DNA of 60,938 nt, counting the filler. It is 6 parts of 6 records of this genome, joined end to end, with 100 filler letters (N's around TTAATTAATTAA, not from the genome) between each part and the next. Parts side by side here need not be neighbours in the genome. Positions count along the whole stretch, not along the records: positions 35,867 to 49,539 come from SRR22947725_3895; positions 49,640 to 54,885 come from SRR22947725_3908; positions 54,986 to 60,938 come from SRR22947725_3910; 3 more parts are not named here. One strand, written 5' to 3'. Numbering within the stretch: position 1 is the first letter of the stretch; each line of letters starts with the position of its first letter. Made by a program: the position numbers and the translations under genes. Shown here piece by piece: positions 43,738-55,260 of this stretch. The notes under the pieces were generated by a model. The model was not told the DNA's origin, made no database searches, and worked only from the letters and a program-made list of their open reading frames with translations.

Positions 43738-45000
43738 ATGAATTTTATAAAAACATCTATATATTCAGCCGCTAGCACCACAATAAGCTTATTGGTTAAA
43801 TTAATTACTAATAAATTAATAGCCGTTTACCTTGGAACGAATGGTATGTTTTTAATTGGTCAACTAAAAGACTTTTTAAAAATCGGTAATACACTTGGAA
43901 CTATGGGTATTGAAACTGGAACTGTAAAATACACATCTGAATTAAATAAAAACAAAACTAAATTCAAAGAACTCCTTTCTACAAGTTTTAAAATTCACTT
44001 TTACAGTTCGTTAATTGTAGTATTATTGATACTCATTTTCTATAATTATGTAACTTCTGGTTTTTCTGATGAAATGAGTCTCATCAAGAATAATAATTAT
44101 AAATATATTTTATCTATATCTATTATATCATTTTCTATACAAACATTTATAATGTCAGTACTAAATGGTCTAAAAAAGATTAAAATATTTGTGTTAATTA
44201 ATATCGTAGCAACCTTAATTTCAGCTATTATTTTAATTTATTTGGTAGTCAATTATTCAATAATTGGAGCTTTTTATGCCTTAATATTAAGTCCAATTTT
44301 AACATTAATTACAGCCTTATTAATTTGTCTTATTTTAAAACCTTTTAATTTAAACTTTTTTAATTACTTATTTAAAGTTGAATACTTAAAAAATTTATCC
44401 AACTTTTCATTAATGGCAATTGCCGCACCGATATGCCTTATAAGTGCAACATTTATAGTTAGGTATTATATCTATAATGAATTTGACTCGAATCATGCTG
44501 GATCATGGGAAGCTATGTGGAGAATATCAGCAATTTATTTATTATTCCTTACGACAACATTTAAATTTTATCTAGTTCCGACATTTACAAATTTAAATAA
44601 CGATCAATTGAAAAAAGAGGTTTTTAAAATATGGAAAACAATATTACCTGTTATTTTTTTAATTACAATAGTAGTTTACTTATCAAAAGATATGATTATT
44701 AATATCTTATTCACAAGTGAGTTTAACTTAATTAATAGCTTAATATTATTTCATTTATTAGGGGATATTATCAAAATTAATTGTTGGGTTTTAGGAAACA
44801 TATTGGTTGCTAAAGCTAAAACGAATCAATTTATTTTATTTCAAGTAGAATGGTGTATACTGTTTGTGATTTTATCAATAATTTTAGCTAATACATATGG
44901 CTTTATAGGCCTTTCAATAGCATATTTTATCACCTACTTAATTCACTTTTTATTATTAAATATTTATTTTAGAAAACTTTTATGGAAAGTTATTAAATAA
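43738..45000 (+). CDS. O-antigen translocase (Wzx/WzxE-like flippase)
   Basis: NKLIAVYLG, WEAMWRIS and GDIIKI motifs; about 12 TM helices. Confidence 0.88.
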   Translation: MNFIKTSIYSAASTTISLLVKLITNKLIAVYLGTNGMFLIGQLKDFLKIGNTLGTMGIETGTVKYTSELNKNKTKFKELLSTSFKIHFYSSLIVVLLILIFYNYVTSGFSDEMSLIKNNNYKYILSISIISFSIQTFIMSVLNGLKKIKIFVLINIVATLISAIILIYLVVNYSIIGAFYALILSPILTLITALLICLILKPFNLNFFNYLFKVEYLKNLSNFSLMAIAAPICLISATFIVRYYIYNEFDSNHAGSWEAMWRISAIYLLFLTTTFKFYLVPTFTNLNNDQLKKEVFKIWKTILPVIFLITIVVYLSKDMIINILFTSEFNLINSLILFHLLGDIIKINCWVLGNILVAKAKTNQFILFQVEWCILFVILSIILANTYGFIGLSIAYFITYLIHFLLLNIYFRKLLWKVIK

Positions 45001-45983
45001 ATAAATTATCTAAATTAATAAAGTTTAGAGTTTCAATTTTATAAAAATCTTGAGAAACAGATTTTGCCCCAAAACCTTCCTTCCAATACATTAAGCCTTT
45101 ATTTAATTTTTCTCCATTTTCTTCATTTGAGTTACCAAAATCAAAAAAAGATTTATTACTAAAGGTATTTTTGATTAAATGGTTAAATAAAAAATCTAAA
45201 CTACCAAGTTTATTCTTTGTGCTATTTGATGATATATACTGGACGTGTGCAGTAGTTTTTGTTTCAAAGATTGTTGCGCCAGCTATTAAGTCTTTATCGT
45301 GATATACATTAAATTGTCTAATATTATTTTTGAATTTATTTTTTAATAGAGATATTTCTTCAATTGAGTGTACAGGAACAACATTATGTTTTCGTTTTAG
45401 GTTTGGAATCAATAATAAATTCCAAAAATCATCAAACTCATTTACTTCTTTGATGATTAAGTTGTTTTTTACTCCCCTACTCAATCCACTATTTCTATCC
45501 TTAGACAGGGACATTGTATTTTGTTTTACTACAGATAATAACTCAGTTTTAATAAGTTTTGCATTTAACTTGAATAAAATATGCTTGGATTCATCAGCTG
45601 GTGAGAGATGATATATATTTGGAATACATTTATAGTTTAATGTACTAATATTATTTTTACTAAGCATTTCAAGCGTAAGCTTAAAAACCTCAACTACATC
45701 TTTATATTTTGATTGATCATCAAAAATAAAACCTCCATAGCTTAAACCACTGTGTGAAAATAATTGGTCATTTATTAAATTAGCAGGAAGTAGTGCTATA
45801 ATTTTTTCATCCTTATAAATTAACAATGAATAATCAGAGAATTTTTCACTGTGATAATCCATAAAATCTCTATTAAATAAAAATGTTCCATTTCTGGAGT
45901 TTGAAACAAAATTATTCCAATCTGGCTTATTATTTTTATTGTATTTTTTTAAAGAGTAAATAGTACTATTTTTTATTTGACAT
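44993..45983 (-). CDS. GNAT/FemAB-like acyltransferase; true start upstream of 45862, possible frameshift
   Basis: HSGLSYGG, FDFG and WKEGFG motifs; frame continues upstream (WNNFVSNSRNGTFLFNRDFMDYH); ATG 45983 is off-frame by one A. Confidence 0.75.
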
Positions 45984-46001
45984 GAAAATACTATTTATTT
46001 T

Positions 46002-47801
46002 TTAAATCAACTTATTTCTCTTTCTCTCGACTTCTTTTAATAAAACTTTTCTTAATCTTAGATTTAGAGGTGTTACTTCCACATATTCATCTTTTTGAAT
46101 ATATTCTAAAGCCTCTTCTAGTGAAAATTTAATTGCTGGAACAATTTTTGCCTTATCATCAGCTCCTGAAGATCTAACATTACTTAATTTTTTTGTTTTA
46201 GTTATATTAATAACCATATCATCACCTCTAGAGTTTTCACCAATAACCTGACCTTCATAAATTTCTTCACCTGGGTTAACAAAAAATTTACCTCTATCTT
46301 GTAGTTTATCAATTGAATAAGGGATTGCTTTTCCTTTTTCCATGGAAACAAGAGAACCATTTTGTCTTTCTGGAATACCACCTTTTACTGGCTTGTATTC
46401 TTTAAATCTATGGGTCATTATTGCTTCACCTGCAGTTGCGGTTAGTAACTGATTTCTTAAACCAATTATTCCTCTTGATGGAATTAAAAACTCACAAACC
46501 ATTCTTTCTCCTTTAGAAACCATACTTAACATTTCTCCTTTTCTAATAGAAACCATTTCAACAGCTTTACCTGAAACGTTTTCTGGTAAATCAATTGTCA
46601 TTTCTTCAAATGGTTCACATTTTTGACCATCAATCTCTTTAATTATTACTTGCGGTTGTCCAATTTGTAATTCATAACCCTCTCTTCGCATAGTTTCGAT
46701 CAAAACTGATAAGTGTAATACACCTCTTCCAAAAACTAAAAACTTATCAGCACTTTCTGTTTCATTAAGTCGAAGTGCTAGATTTTTTTCGAGTTCTTTA
46801 TTTAATCTATCTTTAATATGTCTAGAAGTAACATATTTTCCGTCATTTCCGAAAAAGGGAGAATCATTAATTGTAAATAACATACTCATTGTAGGCTCAT
46901 CAATAGTAATAGTCTTTAATGATTCAGGATTTTCAAAATCAGCTATAGTATCACCAATTTCAAAATTATCTAATCCAACTATTGCGCAAATATCTCCGGG
47001 TTGAACTTCATCTACCTTAATTCTACCTAAACCTTCAAATGTATGTAATTCTTTAATTTTAGATTTGACTATGGACTTATCTCTTTTAACTAAAGAAACA
47101 TTCATACCTGTTATTAACTTTCCTCTTTGTAGTCTTCCAATTGCTATTCTACCTGTAAATGAAGAGTAGTCTAATGAGGTAATTAACATTTGCAAACTAC
47201 CTTCATTAATAGTTGGTGAAGGGATATGTTCAATAACCATGTTTAGTAATGGTTCAATATTTTCTGTAATATCTTTCCAGTCATCACTCATCCAATTTTC
47301 TTTAGCCGAGCCATAAACAGTGGGGAAATCTAATTGCCATTCTTCAGCTCCTAACTCAAACATTAAATCAAAGACTGATTCATGAACTTCTTCAGGAGTG
47401 CAATTTTCTTTATCAACTTTATTAATAACTAAACAAGGCTTTAATCCCAGATCTAAAGCTTTTTGTAATACAAATCTGGTTTGGGGCATTGGACCTTCAA
47501 AAGCATCTACTAAAAGTAAAACACCATCAGCCATGTTTAAAACTCTTTCAACTTCTCCTCCAAAATCTGCGTGACCAGGTGTGTCAATTATATTAATTTT
47601 AGTATCCTTATATATAACGGAAACATTTTTTGAAGTGATTGTAATCCCTCTTTCTCTTTCTAAGTCATTGTTATCTAAAATCAAATCGCCCTTATTCTCA
47701 TTCTCTCTAAACAACTGACAGTGAAACATGATTTTATCAACTAAAGTTGTTTTCCCGTGATCTACGTGAGCTATAATTGCAATATTTTTTGTTTTAGTCA
47801 T
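46002..47801 (-). CDS. typA: Translational GTPase TypA/BipA
   Basis: [31 protein letters not shown] and GRGVLHL motifs. Confidence 0.98.
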   Translation of the reverse strand: MTKTKNIAIIAHVDHGKTTLVDKIMFHCQLFRENENKGDLILDNNDLERERGITITSKNVSVIYKDTKINIIDTPGHADFGGEVERVLNMADGVLLLVDAFEGPMPQTRFVLQKALDLGLKPCLVINKVDKENCTPEEVHESVFDLMFELGAEEWQLDFPTVYGSAKENWMSDDWKDITENIEPLLNMVIEHIPSPTINEGSLQMLITSLDYSSFTGRIAIGRLQRGKLITGMNVSLVKRDKSIVKSKIKELHTFEGLGRIKVDEVQPGDICAIVGLDNFEIGDTIADFENPESLKTITIDEPTMSMLFTINDSPFFGNDGKYVTSRHIKDRLNKELEKNLALRLNETESADKFLVFGRGVLHLSVLIETMRREGYELQIGQPQVIIKEIDGQKCEPFEEMTIDLPENVSGKAVEMVSIRKGEMLSMVSKGERMVCEFLIPSRGIIGLRNQLLTATAGEAIMTHRFKEYKPVKGGIPERQNGSLVSMEKGKAIPYSIDKLQDRGKFFVNPGEEIYEGQVIGENSRGDDMVINITKTKKLSNVRSSGADDKAKIVPAIKFSLEEALEYIQKDEYVEVTPLNLRLRKVLLKEVERKRNKLI

Positions 47802-47820
47802 GACTAAATTTTAAAATTTG

Positions 47821-47830
47821 TGCAAATGTA
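47821..47830 (-). promoter_or_regulatory. Bacteroidota -7 promoter element upstream of typA
   Basis: Minus strand TACATTTGCA matches TAnnTTTG about 20 nt before the ATG. Confidence 0.55.
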
Positions 47831-47922
47831 AGCTATATTATTATCATTAGAAGAATAAAGTTATTTTTATACAGATATTAAAAAAGCAGTAACTTTACCA
47901 AAATTATTTTTTACAAACAGTT

Positions 47923-48732
47923 ATGAATATTCCAAAACTTAAACATCTAAATTCAAATAATTTTATTTTAATTGCTGGTCCATGTGCTATAGAAGGGGAA
48001 GAAATGGCCTTTAAAATTGCTGAAAAGATTTTGAATATATCAAATAAGTATAAAATTCCTTTTATCTTCAAAGGAAGTTTCAAAAAAGCAAACAGAAGTA
48101 GAATTGATAGTTTTACAGGAATCGGAGATATTAAAGCTTTAGAAATTTTAAGTAAAGTTTCTTCAACCTTTGATGTACCAACTGTTACTGATATTCATGA
48201 GGTCAAAGATGCTGATTTAGCTGCTAAATATGTAGATATTTTACAAATTCCTGCTTTTTTAGTAAGACAAACGGATTTAGTTGTAGCAGCTGCAAAAACA
48301 GGAAAAATAGTAAACCTTAAGAAAGGACAATTTATGAGTCCTGAAAGTATGAAACATGCTGTTCAAAAAGTAAAAGATTCAAACAATTCAAATGTACTTA
48401 TTACAGATCGTGGTACTATGTTTGGCTATCAAGATATGATAGTAGATTTTAGAGGGATACCAATAATGAAGTCAATTGCTCCTACCATACTAGATGTAAC
48501 ACATTCACTACAAAAGCCAAATCAAACAAGTGGAGTAACTGGTGGTATTCCTGAAATGATTGAAACTATAGCAAGAGCTGGAGTTGTTAATAATATTGAT
48601 GGTTTGTTTATTGAAACACATTTTGATCCGAAAAATGCAAAAAGTGATGGTGCAAACATGTTAGATTTAAATCAATTAGAAAATTTGGTTTCTAATTTGG
48701 TAGAAATCAGAAAAACAATTAATAAATTTTAA
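47923..48732 (+). CDS. kdsA: KDO8P synthase
   Basis: AGPC, KANRS, QIPAFL and DVTHSLQ motifs. Confidence 0.97.
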   Translation: MNIPKLKHLNSNNFILIAGPCAIEGEEMAFKIAEKILNISNKYKIPFIFKGSFKKANRSRIDSFTGIGDIKALEILSKVSSTFDVPTVTDIHEVKDADLAAKYVDILQIPAFLVRQTDLVVAAAKTGKIVNLKKGQFMSPESMKHAVQKVKDSNNSNVLITDRGTMFGYQDMIVDFRGIPIMKSIAPTILDVTHSLQKPNQTSGVTGGIPEMIETIARAGVVNNIDGLFIETHFDPKNAKSDGANMLDLNQLENLVSNLVEIRKTINKF

Positions 48733-48757
48733 TTTTTTTTTTATAAGTTTCTAAAAT

Positions 48758-49539
48758 TTATTTAACAATCCCATACTTATCTATCAAATAAATTAAAGAT
48801 GTCATGGTTGCTGCGCCTAATTCAAGCTCTCTTTTATTAACTGCATCAAAAGTGTCATTTGGAGCATGATGATAATCAAAATATCTTTGAGAATCAGGCT
48901 TTAAGCCAGACAACACATTCGTTTCGTTTTTCAATGGACCGATATCAGCACCACTACCTCCTAATTCGAAGAAATGTATTAGGTATGGTTTAAATAAACT
49001 CTTCCAAGATAAAATTTGTTCAAAATTTGATTGATCACAATCAAAGTAAAAACCTCTTGGAGTAAAACCTCCAGCATCGCTTTCTAAAGCAAAAATGTGA
49101 TTTTCATTTTTTTGAGCTGCAATTTCAGCGTATTTATTTCCTCCTCTTAATCCGTTTTCTTCGTTCATAAATAATACAACTCTAATTGATCTTTTAGGTT
49201 TTATTCCTGATAATTTTAATAGTCTAAGTACCTCCATAGATTGAGTACATCCTGCGCCATCATCATGAGCTCCATCACCAAGATCCCATGAATCTAAATG
49301 ACCACCTACAACAATATATTCATCAGGATATTCACTTCCGGTAATTTCACCAATTACATTATGAGATAAAACGTCATCTAATTGCTTAGAATTTTGTTTA
49401 AAATAAAACTGGATATTATTATCTAACTTAACCATTCCACTTAACAAATCTGCATGCTTTGTACTTATTGCAGCTGATGGTATTCTATCATCTGGTGGTA
49501 TATCCCCATAGGTCATAGAACCTGTGTGAGGTAAATCAT
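48758..49539 (-). CDS. M28 family peptidase (carboxypeptidase Q-like), 5'-truncated
   Basis: GGHLDSWD, AHDDG, NEENGL, ESDAG and YFDYHH motifs. Confidence 0.9.
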
Positions 49540-49639
49540 NNNNNNNNNNNNNNNNNNNNNNNNNNNNNNNNNNNNNNNNNNNNTTAATTAATTAANNNNN
49601 NNNNNNNNNNNNNNNNNNNNNNNNNNNNNNNNNNNNNNN
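49540..49639. other. Artificial contig linker
   Basis: N44-TTAATTAATTAA-N44. Confidence 0.98.
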
Positions 49640-50757
49640 AGATGTTTTTTTAGAAGTTTTGATTTATCTAGCATACTCATACCTTTCCCAACAATTCTAT
49701 TCAGAATAGATGATTTGTTTGAAAAAATCCAATTTAGGCCAAGAGTCAAAAATCCCATCTGAGCCACGTCCTCTTTTCTTGCTCTCTCGTATTTTCTTAA
49801 AAAACCTTTCAAGCCAATATCTGCATAATCTTTTTTATCTATGATTTTTTCTAGTGTAATTATATCTCTGATACCAAGATTTAAACCTTGCCCTGCTAGA
49901 GGGTGAATAAAATGAGCTGCATCGCCAACAAGCAAAACTCGATCTTTAAAAAAACTTTCAACCCTATTCATAGTTAAAGGAAAAGATTCTATTTTAGATA
50001 CCACCTTAATATCTTTATAAAAGTCACCGATAGTTAGGTTTAATTCATCTTCAATAGACTTTTCATCAAAACTATTAATTTTTTTATAAAATTGAGAATT
50101 ACAAGACCAAACAATTGAAACTAAATTTTTTTTAATAGGTAAAATCGCTAAGATACTTTCCTTTAAAAAAAATTGCTTGGCCTCATTTTGATTATCAAGT
50201 TTTACTTTTAGCTGAAATGTGATGGCGGTTTGATTAAAATCATACTTTGTCGACTTAATTTCTATTTTTTCTCGAGCCAATGAATTAACGCCATCACAAG
50301 CAATAATAATAGATGATTTAAATCGTTCTTTTGATGTCTCTATAATTACCTGATCTTGTTTATTTTTTATTACATAATCTTTAGGAATCTCTTCTATCGT
50401 TTTTCTCTTTTTAAATGTTTTTTCAATTGCTTCATTAAAATCTTTTTCGTTTGCCATGAAAGCAATTGCTGGTTTCGCAATGTCGTCACTCTCAAAAGTA
50501 ACTGAATTAGTTAAAGTGCTATCAAAAATCTTCATGCTACTTATGTCATTGAGGGAGTCAAAAAATTTAGAAGGCAAGCCTATAGATTTGAGCCAATCTA
50601 CTGAGGATGGTGTCAATGCAAAGGTTCTATTTTTTAATTTAGAGGTCTTTTCAAATTGATTTATCGAAAATCCTTTTGATTCAAGCATTAGATGAAGAAG
50701 ATTACCAACTAATCCGCCTCCTATGATGATGATGCTATTTTGGATATCACTCACCAT
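49640..50757 (-). CDS. UbiH/UbiI/VisC family FAD hydroxylase (3'-truncated)
   Basis: GGGLVG, ACDG and GDAAHFIHPLAGQGLNLG motifs; second gene of the tandem, likely ubiI-like. Confidence 0.88.
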
Positions 50758-51898
50758 AACTCAGCTTTCGTACAAAAGAATTTTTAATAGGCTTTGTAAT
50801 ATCCAAAAATGATAGCGCAAATCCCCTAACTTTTTTTAAACCTACTAGATCACTTGAAAAACCATTAACAAGTATTTCAGTAAAGTCTAGTATCTTTCTC
50901 TGTTCACCTGATCTTGATTTTTTATATCCATCGAGTATTGATTGCAAATCTTTATCGTCATTAAATTTTTTAATTGCCTTGTTTAATTTGTATGCATCTT
51001 TAAAACCGGTGTTTAGTCCCTGTCCCGCTACAGGGTGCATAGTCTGTGATGCATTACCAAGAGCCACAATATTTGGATGTAATACTGAAACACTTGAATG
51101 TTTTAAGTGGAATGAAATTCTTTTCTCGCACTCTTTGAAATTTCCAACACGATCCCCAAAGCTTTTATGCAGTTGGATTAAAAAACTTTTTTCATTCAAA
51201 TTGGCAAGTTTATCTATATGTTCATTTGGGCCAGTCCATACCAATGAAAATTTATTATTTTTATTTGGCAATAATGCGATCGGGCCCTCATCGGTAAATC
51301 TTTCGTAGGCAGTATTTTGATGCGGTAATTCTGTAGACACTTTTGTAACAATTGCAGAATGATTAAGAGGTTTTATTTTTTTTTGAAGCTCCAACCCTTC
51401 AATTTTATCATTAGCGCCATCTGCCAAAATAACTAAATTGCTTTGAAAAACTTTTGTTTCATTTTTATTTTGAAGTGATAAATGAATCAAACTCTTATCA
51501 TCGAAACATTTTGTTACTTTTGTTTCATAAATAACCTCAACATTATTTAATTTTTCTATTTTTTCGATGAGAGTTTTCATTAGATCTCCATAAGACACAA
51601 TGAATCCTAAGGATTTTTCATTAAATTCTTTTGCCTCTAATAAAGTTCTACCAAAAGAATTTACTTGACTGGTATGTATTCTATTAATGTTAGTAATATT
51701 TTTTTTTAATTTCTCCCAAACTCCAATTTCCTCCAAAATTAGTCTGCTACCATTTGAAAGAGCCAATGCTCGGCTATCTTGGTAAAGAGCATTACTTTTT
51801 TTAGCCTCAAATATTTGAATTTTATTTTGATTTGAATGGTTTAATATTGCAAATACAAGTCCAACTGGCCCTCCCCCAATTACAGCACAATCAATCAT
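50747..51898 (-). CDS. ubiH: UbiH-type ubiquinone biosynthesis hydroxylase
   Basis: GGGPVG, AYERFT.EGPIALLP and GNASQTMHPVAGQG motifs; follows pepP. Confidence 0.82.
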   Translation of the reverse strand: MIDCAVIGGGPVGLVFAILNHSNQNKIQIFEAKKSNALYQDSRALALSNGSRLILEEIGVWEKLKKNITNINRIHTSQVNSFGRTLLEAKEFNEKSLGFIVSYGDLMKTLIEKIEKLNNVEVIYETKVTKCFDDKSLIHLSLQNKNETKVFQSNLVILADGANDKIEGLELQKKIKPLNHSAIVTKVSTELPHQNTAYERFTDEGPIALLPNKNNKFSLVWTGPNEHIDKLANLNEKSFLIQLHKSFGDRVGNFKECEKRISFHLKHSSVSVLHPNIVALGNASQTMHPVAGQGLNTGFKDAYKLNKAIKKFNDDKDLQSILDGYKKSRSGEQRKILDFTEILVNGFSSDLVGLKKVRGFALSFLDITKPIKNSFVRKLSYGE

Positions 51899-53183
51899 TT
51901 AATGTTCCAATAATAGCTTCAAGCTCGCCGATCTCCTTTGGTGCATTTTTACTCAAAACATCATAGCCATTTGATGTGACTAGGACATCATCCTCTATTC
52001 TCACTCCGATACCCCAAAATTCTTTTGGTACTTCACTTGATGGCCTAATATAACAGCCAGGTTCAATGGTGAGCACGTTACCCTTGCTTAACCTAACAGC
52101 CGTTTTTTTCTTGGTATTTGTAATATATTTTCCCACATCATGTACGTCTAAGCCAAGCCAATGACTTGTTCTATGCATAAAGAATTTCTTATATAACTCT
52201 TTTTCATAAATTTCGTCCTTTGAACCCTTTAAAAAATCTAAGTCTATCAATCCATTAACAATAATCTTCAATGCTTCCTTGTGTGGGTCGTCAAAAAAAT
52301 TATCTTCTTTTACTTTTTCAATGGCAGCTTTTTGTGCCAAAAGAACTAATTGATAAATTTCTTTTTGTGCTGAAGAAAATTTCCCATTAACTGGGTAAGT
52401 TCTTGTGATATCTGAAGCATAGCTTTCAAGCTCGCAACCAGCATCTATTAGCAGTAAATCTCCATCTTTAAGCTTCGAATTGTTCTCTATATAGTGCAAA
52501 GTACAACTATTTATGCCGGATGCTACAATTGATGAGTAGGCTGGATTGCGGGCATTATTTTTAAAGAATTGATTTAAAATTTCACCTTCAATTTCATACT
52601 CATACTTATCTGCTTTGGTATATTTCATTGCATGTATATGGGCATTTGCTGCAATGTTTGCGGACTTCCTCATTATATTTACTTCATAATTATTTTTAAT
52701 AACCCTCATACCATCAATGATTTCTGATAAATCTTTTCTTTGTTTATCATTCTCTCTAAACCACTTTGAGGTCAAGAATGGGATTCCAGATTTTTTTTCA
52801 GTTAACGATAATAAAAATATTTTCTTACCTTTTATTATTTTAGGAAGAAGATTATGGAATTCAGACAATGCATATCCCTCATCAAATAAGAAATCTTCAC
52901 AAGCCTTTGATGGACCATGGATATATCCATTCCAAATTTCTTTAATTTCATCTTTGGGCTGGCAAAAAATGACCGATTTAGGTTTTTTACCCCCGATAAC
53001 AACCATAATTGAATCTGGCTCTGGGAATGCTGAGAGATAATGAAAATAACTATCTGAACGGAATGGATAATGACAATCTCTATTTCTGATAGCCTCTTTT
53101 GAGTTCATTAAAATAGCAACTCCATCGCCTAAAAAACTTGAAAGCTTTTCTCTCCTATTTTTGAATTCTTTAAAATCTAACAT
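51891..53183 (-). CDS. pepP: Xaa-Pro aminopeptidase
   Basis: DAGCE, SDITRT, HWLGLDVHD, EPG and RIEDD motifs. Confidence 0.95.
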   Translation of the reverse strand: MLDFKEFKNRREKLSSFLGDGVAILMNSKEAIRNRDCHYPFRSDSYFHYLSAFPEPDSIMVVIGGKKPKSVIFCQPKDEIKEIWNGYIHGPSKACEDFLFDEGYALSEFHNLLPKIIKGKKIFLLSLTEKKSGIPFLTSKWFRENDKQRKDLSEIIDGMRVIKNNYEVNIMRKSANIAANAHIHAMKYTKADKYEYEIEGEILNQFFKNNARNPAYSSIVASGINSCTLHYIENNSKLKDGDLLLIDAGCELESYASDITRTYPVNGKFSSAQKEIYQLVLLAQKAAIEKVKEDNFFDDPHKEALKIIVNGLIDLDFLKGSKDEIYEKELYKKFFMHRTSHWLGLDVHDVGKYITNTKKKTAVRLSKGNVLTIEPGCYIRPSSEVPKEFWGIGVRIEDDVLVTSNGYDVLSKNAPKEIGELEAIIGTLND

Positions 53184-53188
53184 TGCAT

Positions 53189-53857
53189 CTACTTACCTAA
53201 ATTAATTAATTTTAAACGCTCGGGTGTGCCAACATCTGACCATTTTCCTTCAAAAAATTCACCTTGAATCGAATTTTTATATATAGCATTTTTTAATATT
53301 GGTGATAATTTAATTTTTTTACCTTTTTCTAAGTCAAGAAATAACTTTGGGTCGTAAATTGCAATTCCTGAGAAAGTCAAAAGCTCATTGGCATTTATTG
53401 TTACAACTCCATCTTTTGATAAACCAAAGTCTCCTTTTAAATTGTGATCAGGGTTATTAACCAATACCAAATATGCAAGTGTTGTATTTTTAAAAATTAT
53501 ACTTTTTAGCTTCTGATAATCATAGTTTGAAAAAATATCAGCATTAATAACTACAAAAGGCTCACTCCCTAAATATGTAATTGCTTTTTTTATCCCTCCA
53601 GCAGTTTCTAATGCCACAGATTCGTTTGAAATAGTAATATTTAAATGCCACTTGGAGCCATCGCCAACATATTGAATAATCTTTTCTGATAAATATGAAA
53701 CATTGATAACAATATCCCTAAAACCAGCCTCGCTTAATTTATGGAGATGCCAATCAATTAAACATTTTCCTTTCACTTTGAGTAAAGGTTTAGGGCTATC
53801 TTGGGTAAGGCTTCCCATCCTATTTCCCCTTCCAGCTGCCAGAATCATTGCTTTCAT
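53189..53857 (-). CDS. murU: N-acetylmuramate alpha-1-phosphate uridylyltransferase
   Basis: MKAMILAAGRG, LETAGGI and WSDVGTPERL motifs; coupled to amgK. Confidence 0.9.
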   Translation of the reverse strand: MKAMILAAGRGNRMGSLTQDSPKPLLKVKGKCLIDWHLHKLSEAGFRDIVINVSYLSEKIIQYVGDGSKWHLNITISNESVALETAGGIKKAITYLGSEPFVVINADIFSNYDYQKLKSIIFKNTTLAYLVLVNNPDHNLKGDFGLSKDGVVTINANELLTFSGIAIYDPKLFLDLEKGKKIKLSPILKNAIYKNSIQGEFFEGKWSDVGTPERLKLINLGK

Positions 53858-54828
53858 TTGATTACCTTATCCAAAAAATTTCTTAGCTGATGAAAATCGC
53901 TATACCTTTCCGTCGCATTCATTAAATATTTTTCAACTAATGGAATATTTTCAAGATATTGATTTTTTTTATCTCTAATTGAAAGTCTTGCAAATATTCC
54001 TAAAACCTTCAGATGTCTTTGAATACCCATACACTCAAAGTCTTTATAAAAATCTGGGAACTCATAGTTATTAATAAGCTGACTAGTCTTCGCTTTTTCC
54101 CAATACCTAACCGCATGGTCTAGAATAATTTCCTCATCCCATTCAATATAAGCATCCTTCAGGAGCGAGACAAGATCATAAGTTATAGGGCCATCTAAAG
54201 CATCCTGAAAATCAAGGATTCCTGGGTTTTTTGATTCTAAGATCATTAAATTTCTACTATGAAAATCTCGATGAACAAAAAATTTTTCTTGACTGAAAAC
54301 TTTTATACTTATTTCTTCAAACCAAGACAATAATTCTCCATGCTCTTTTTTGTTTAAATCATATGATTTATATTTTTTTAAATACCATTCAATAAATAAA
54401 TCCATTTCATCGATAAGTATTTTTTTTGAATAACTTTGGCATAGACCTCTTTTTATATTTTTCTGCATTTTAATCAACGAGTTAATTGCATCAGTATATA
54501 AAGCTGTTTGATTATCATTATTTAAAACATCCAAATAAGTCTTATTACCAAAATCCTTCATCAAAATAAATCCTAAAGATTTATCAACCTCATATATTTC
54601 TGGGACATTCACCCCAACTATGCTGAGTAATTTCCCAATTTTTAAAAATGACTCGATTGATTCATTTTGGGGAGGTGCATCCATAACGATGAAGCTACTA
54701 TCTTGGGCTTTTACTCTAAAATATCTTCTAAAGCTTGCATCACTGGAGGCAGGTGAAAATAAAAAATCAATTTTCAATTTTTTTGAGAGCCAATCTTTTA
54801 ATAAATCTTTTCTTTTCTGACTGTCCAA
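53854..54828 (-). CDS. amgK: MurNAc/GlcNAc anomeric kinase (APH family)
   Basis: DASFRRYFR, MDAPP, HRDFHSRNLM and QRHLKVLGIFARL motifs. Confidence 0.9.
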   Translation of the reverse strand: MDSQKRKDLLKDWLSKKLKIDFLFSPASSDASFRRYFRVKAQDSSFIVMDAPPQNESIESFLKIGKLLSIVGVNVPEIYEVDKSLGFILMKDFGNKTYLDVLNNDNQTALYTDAINSLIKMQKNIKRGLCQSYSKKILIDEMDLFIEWYLKKYKSYDLNKKEHGELLSWFEEISIKVFSQEKFFVHRDFHSRNLMILESKNPGILDFQDALDGPITYDLVSLLKDAYIEWDEEIILDHAVRYWEKAKTSQLINNYEFPDFYKDFECMGIQRHLKVLGIFARLSIRDKKNQYLENIPLVEKYLMNATERYSDFHQLRNFLDKVIK

Positions 54829-54885
54829 ACTAAAACCTCTATGTTAATAAAATAAGTTCTTTTTTAATTTACATGAGTTATAATC

Positions 54886-54985
54886 NNNNNNNNNNNNNNN
54901 NNNNNNNNNNNNNNNNNNNNNNNNNNNNNTTAATTAATTAANNNNNNNNNNNNNNNNNNNNNNNNNNNNNNNNNNNNNNNNNNNN
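54886..54985. other. Artificial contig linker
   Basis: N44-TTAATTAATTAA-N44. Confidence 0.98.
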
Positions 54986-55219
54986 ATGATCAATAAATAA
55001 ATTTTTTCCAATCTTTGCACCAGGGTGAATTTCAATTCCTGTAAAAAATCTTGATGTTTGAGATATAATTCTTGCAATTAAATCAAACCCAGCGACTTGA
55101 AAGAAATTTGCTATTCTATGAAAAAAAACTGCTTTTACTCCAGGATAAGTTAAAATTACACTTAAAATAGACTTTGCTGCTGGATCTCTTGCTCTAATTG
55201 AGTCTAAATATTCGTTCAT
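54986..55219 (-). CDS. cysE: Serine O-acetyltransferase (3'-truncated)
   Basis: RDPAA, YPG and [16 protein letters not shown] motifs. Confidence 0.93.
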
Positions 55220-55260
55220 TATATCTATATAGTGCTTACTTTCTAAATTTAAAGGGAAAA

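Noticed and set aside
37038-54828. NamZ-like muramidase plus amgK-murU as one peptidoglycan recycling system
   Set aside because: They lie on different contigs from different phyla, separated by a linker.
15592-54941. Recurring TTAATTAATTAA palindrome as a biological repeat or CtrA site
   Set aside because: Always centred in 44+44 Ns; it is an all-frame-stop assembly linker.
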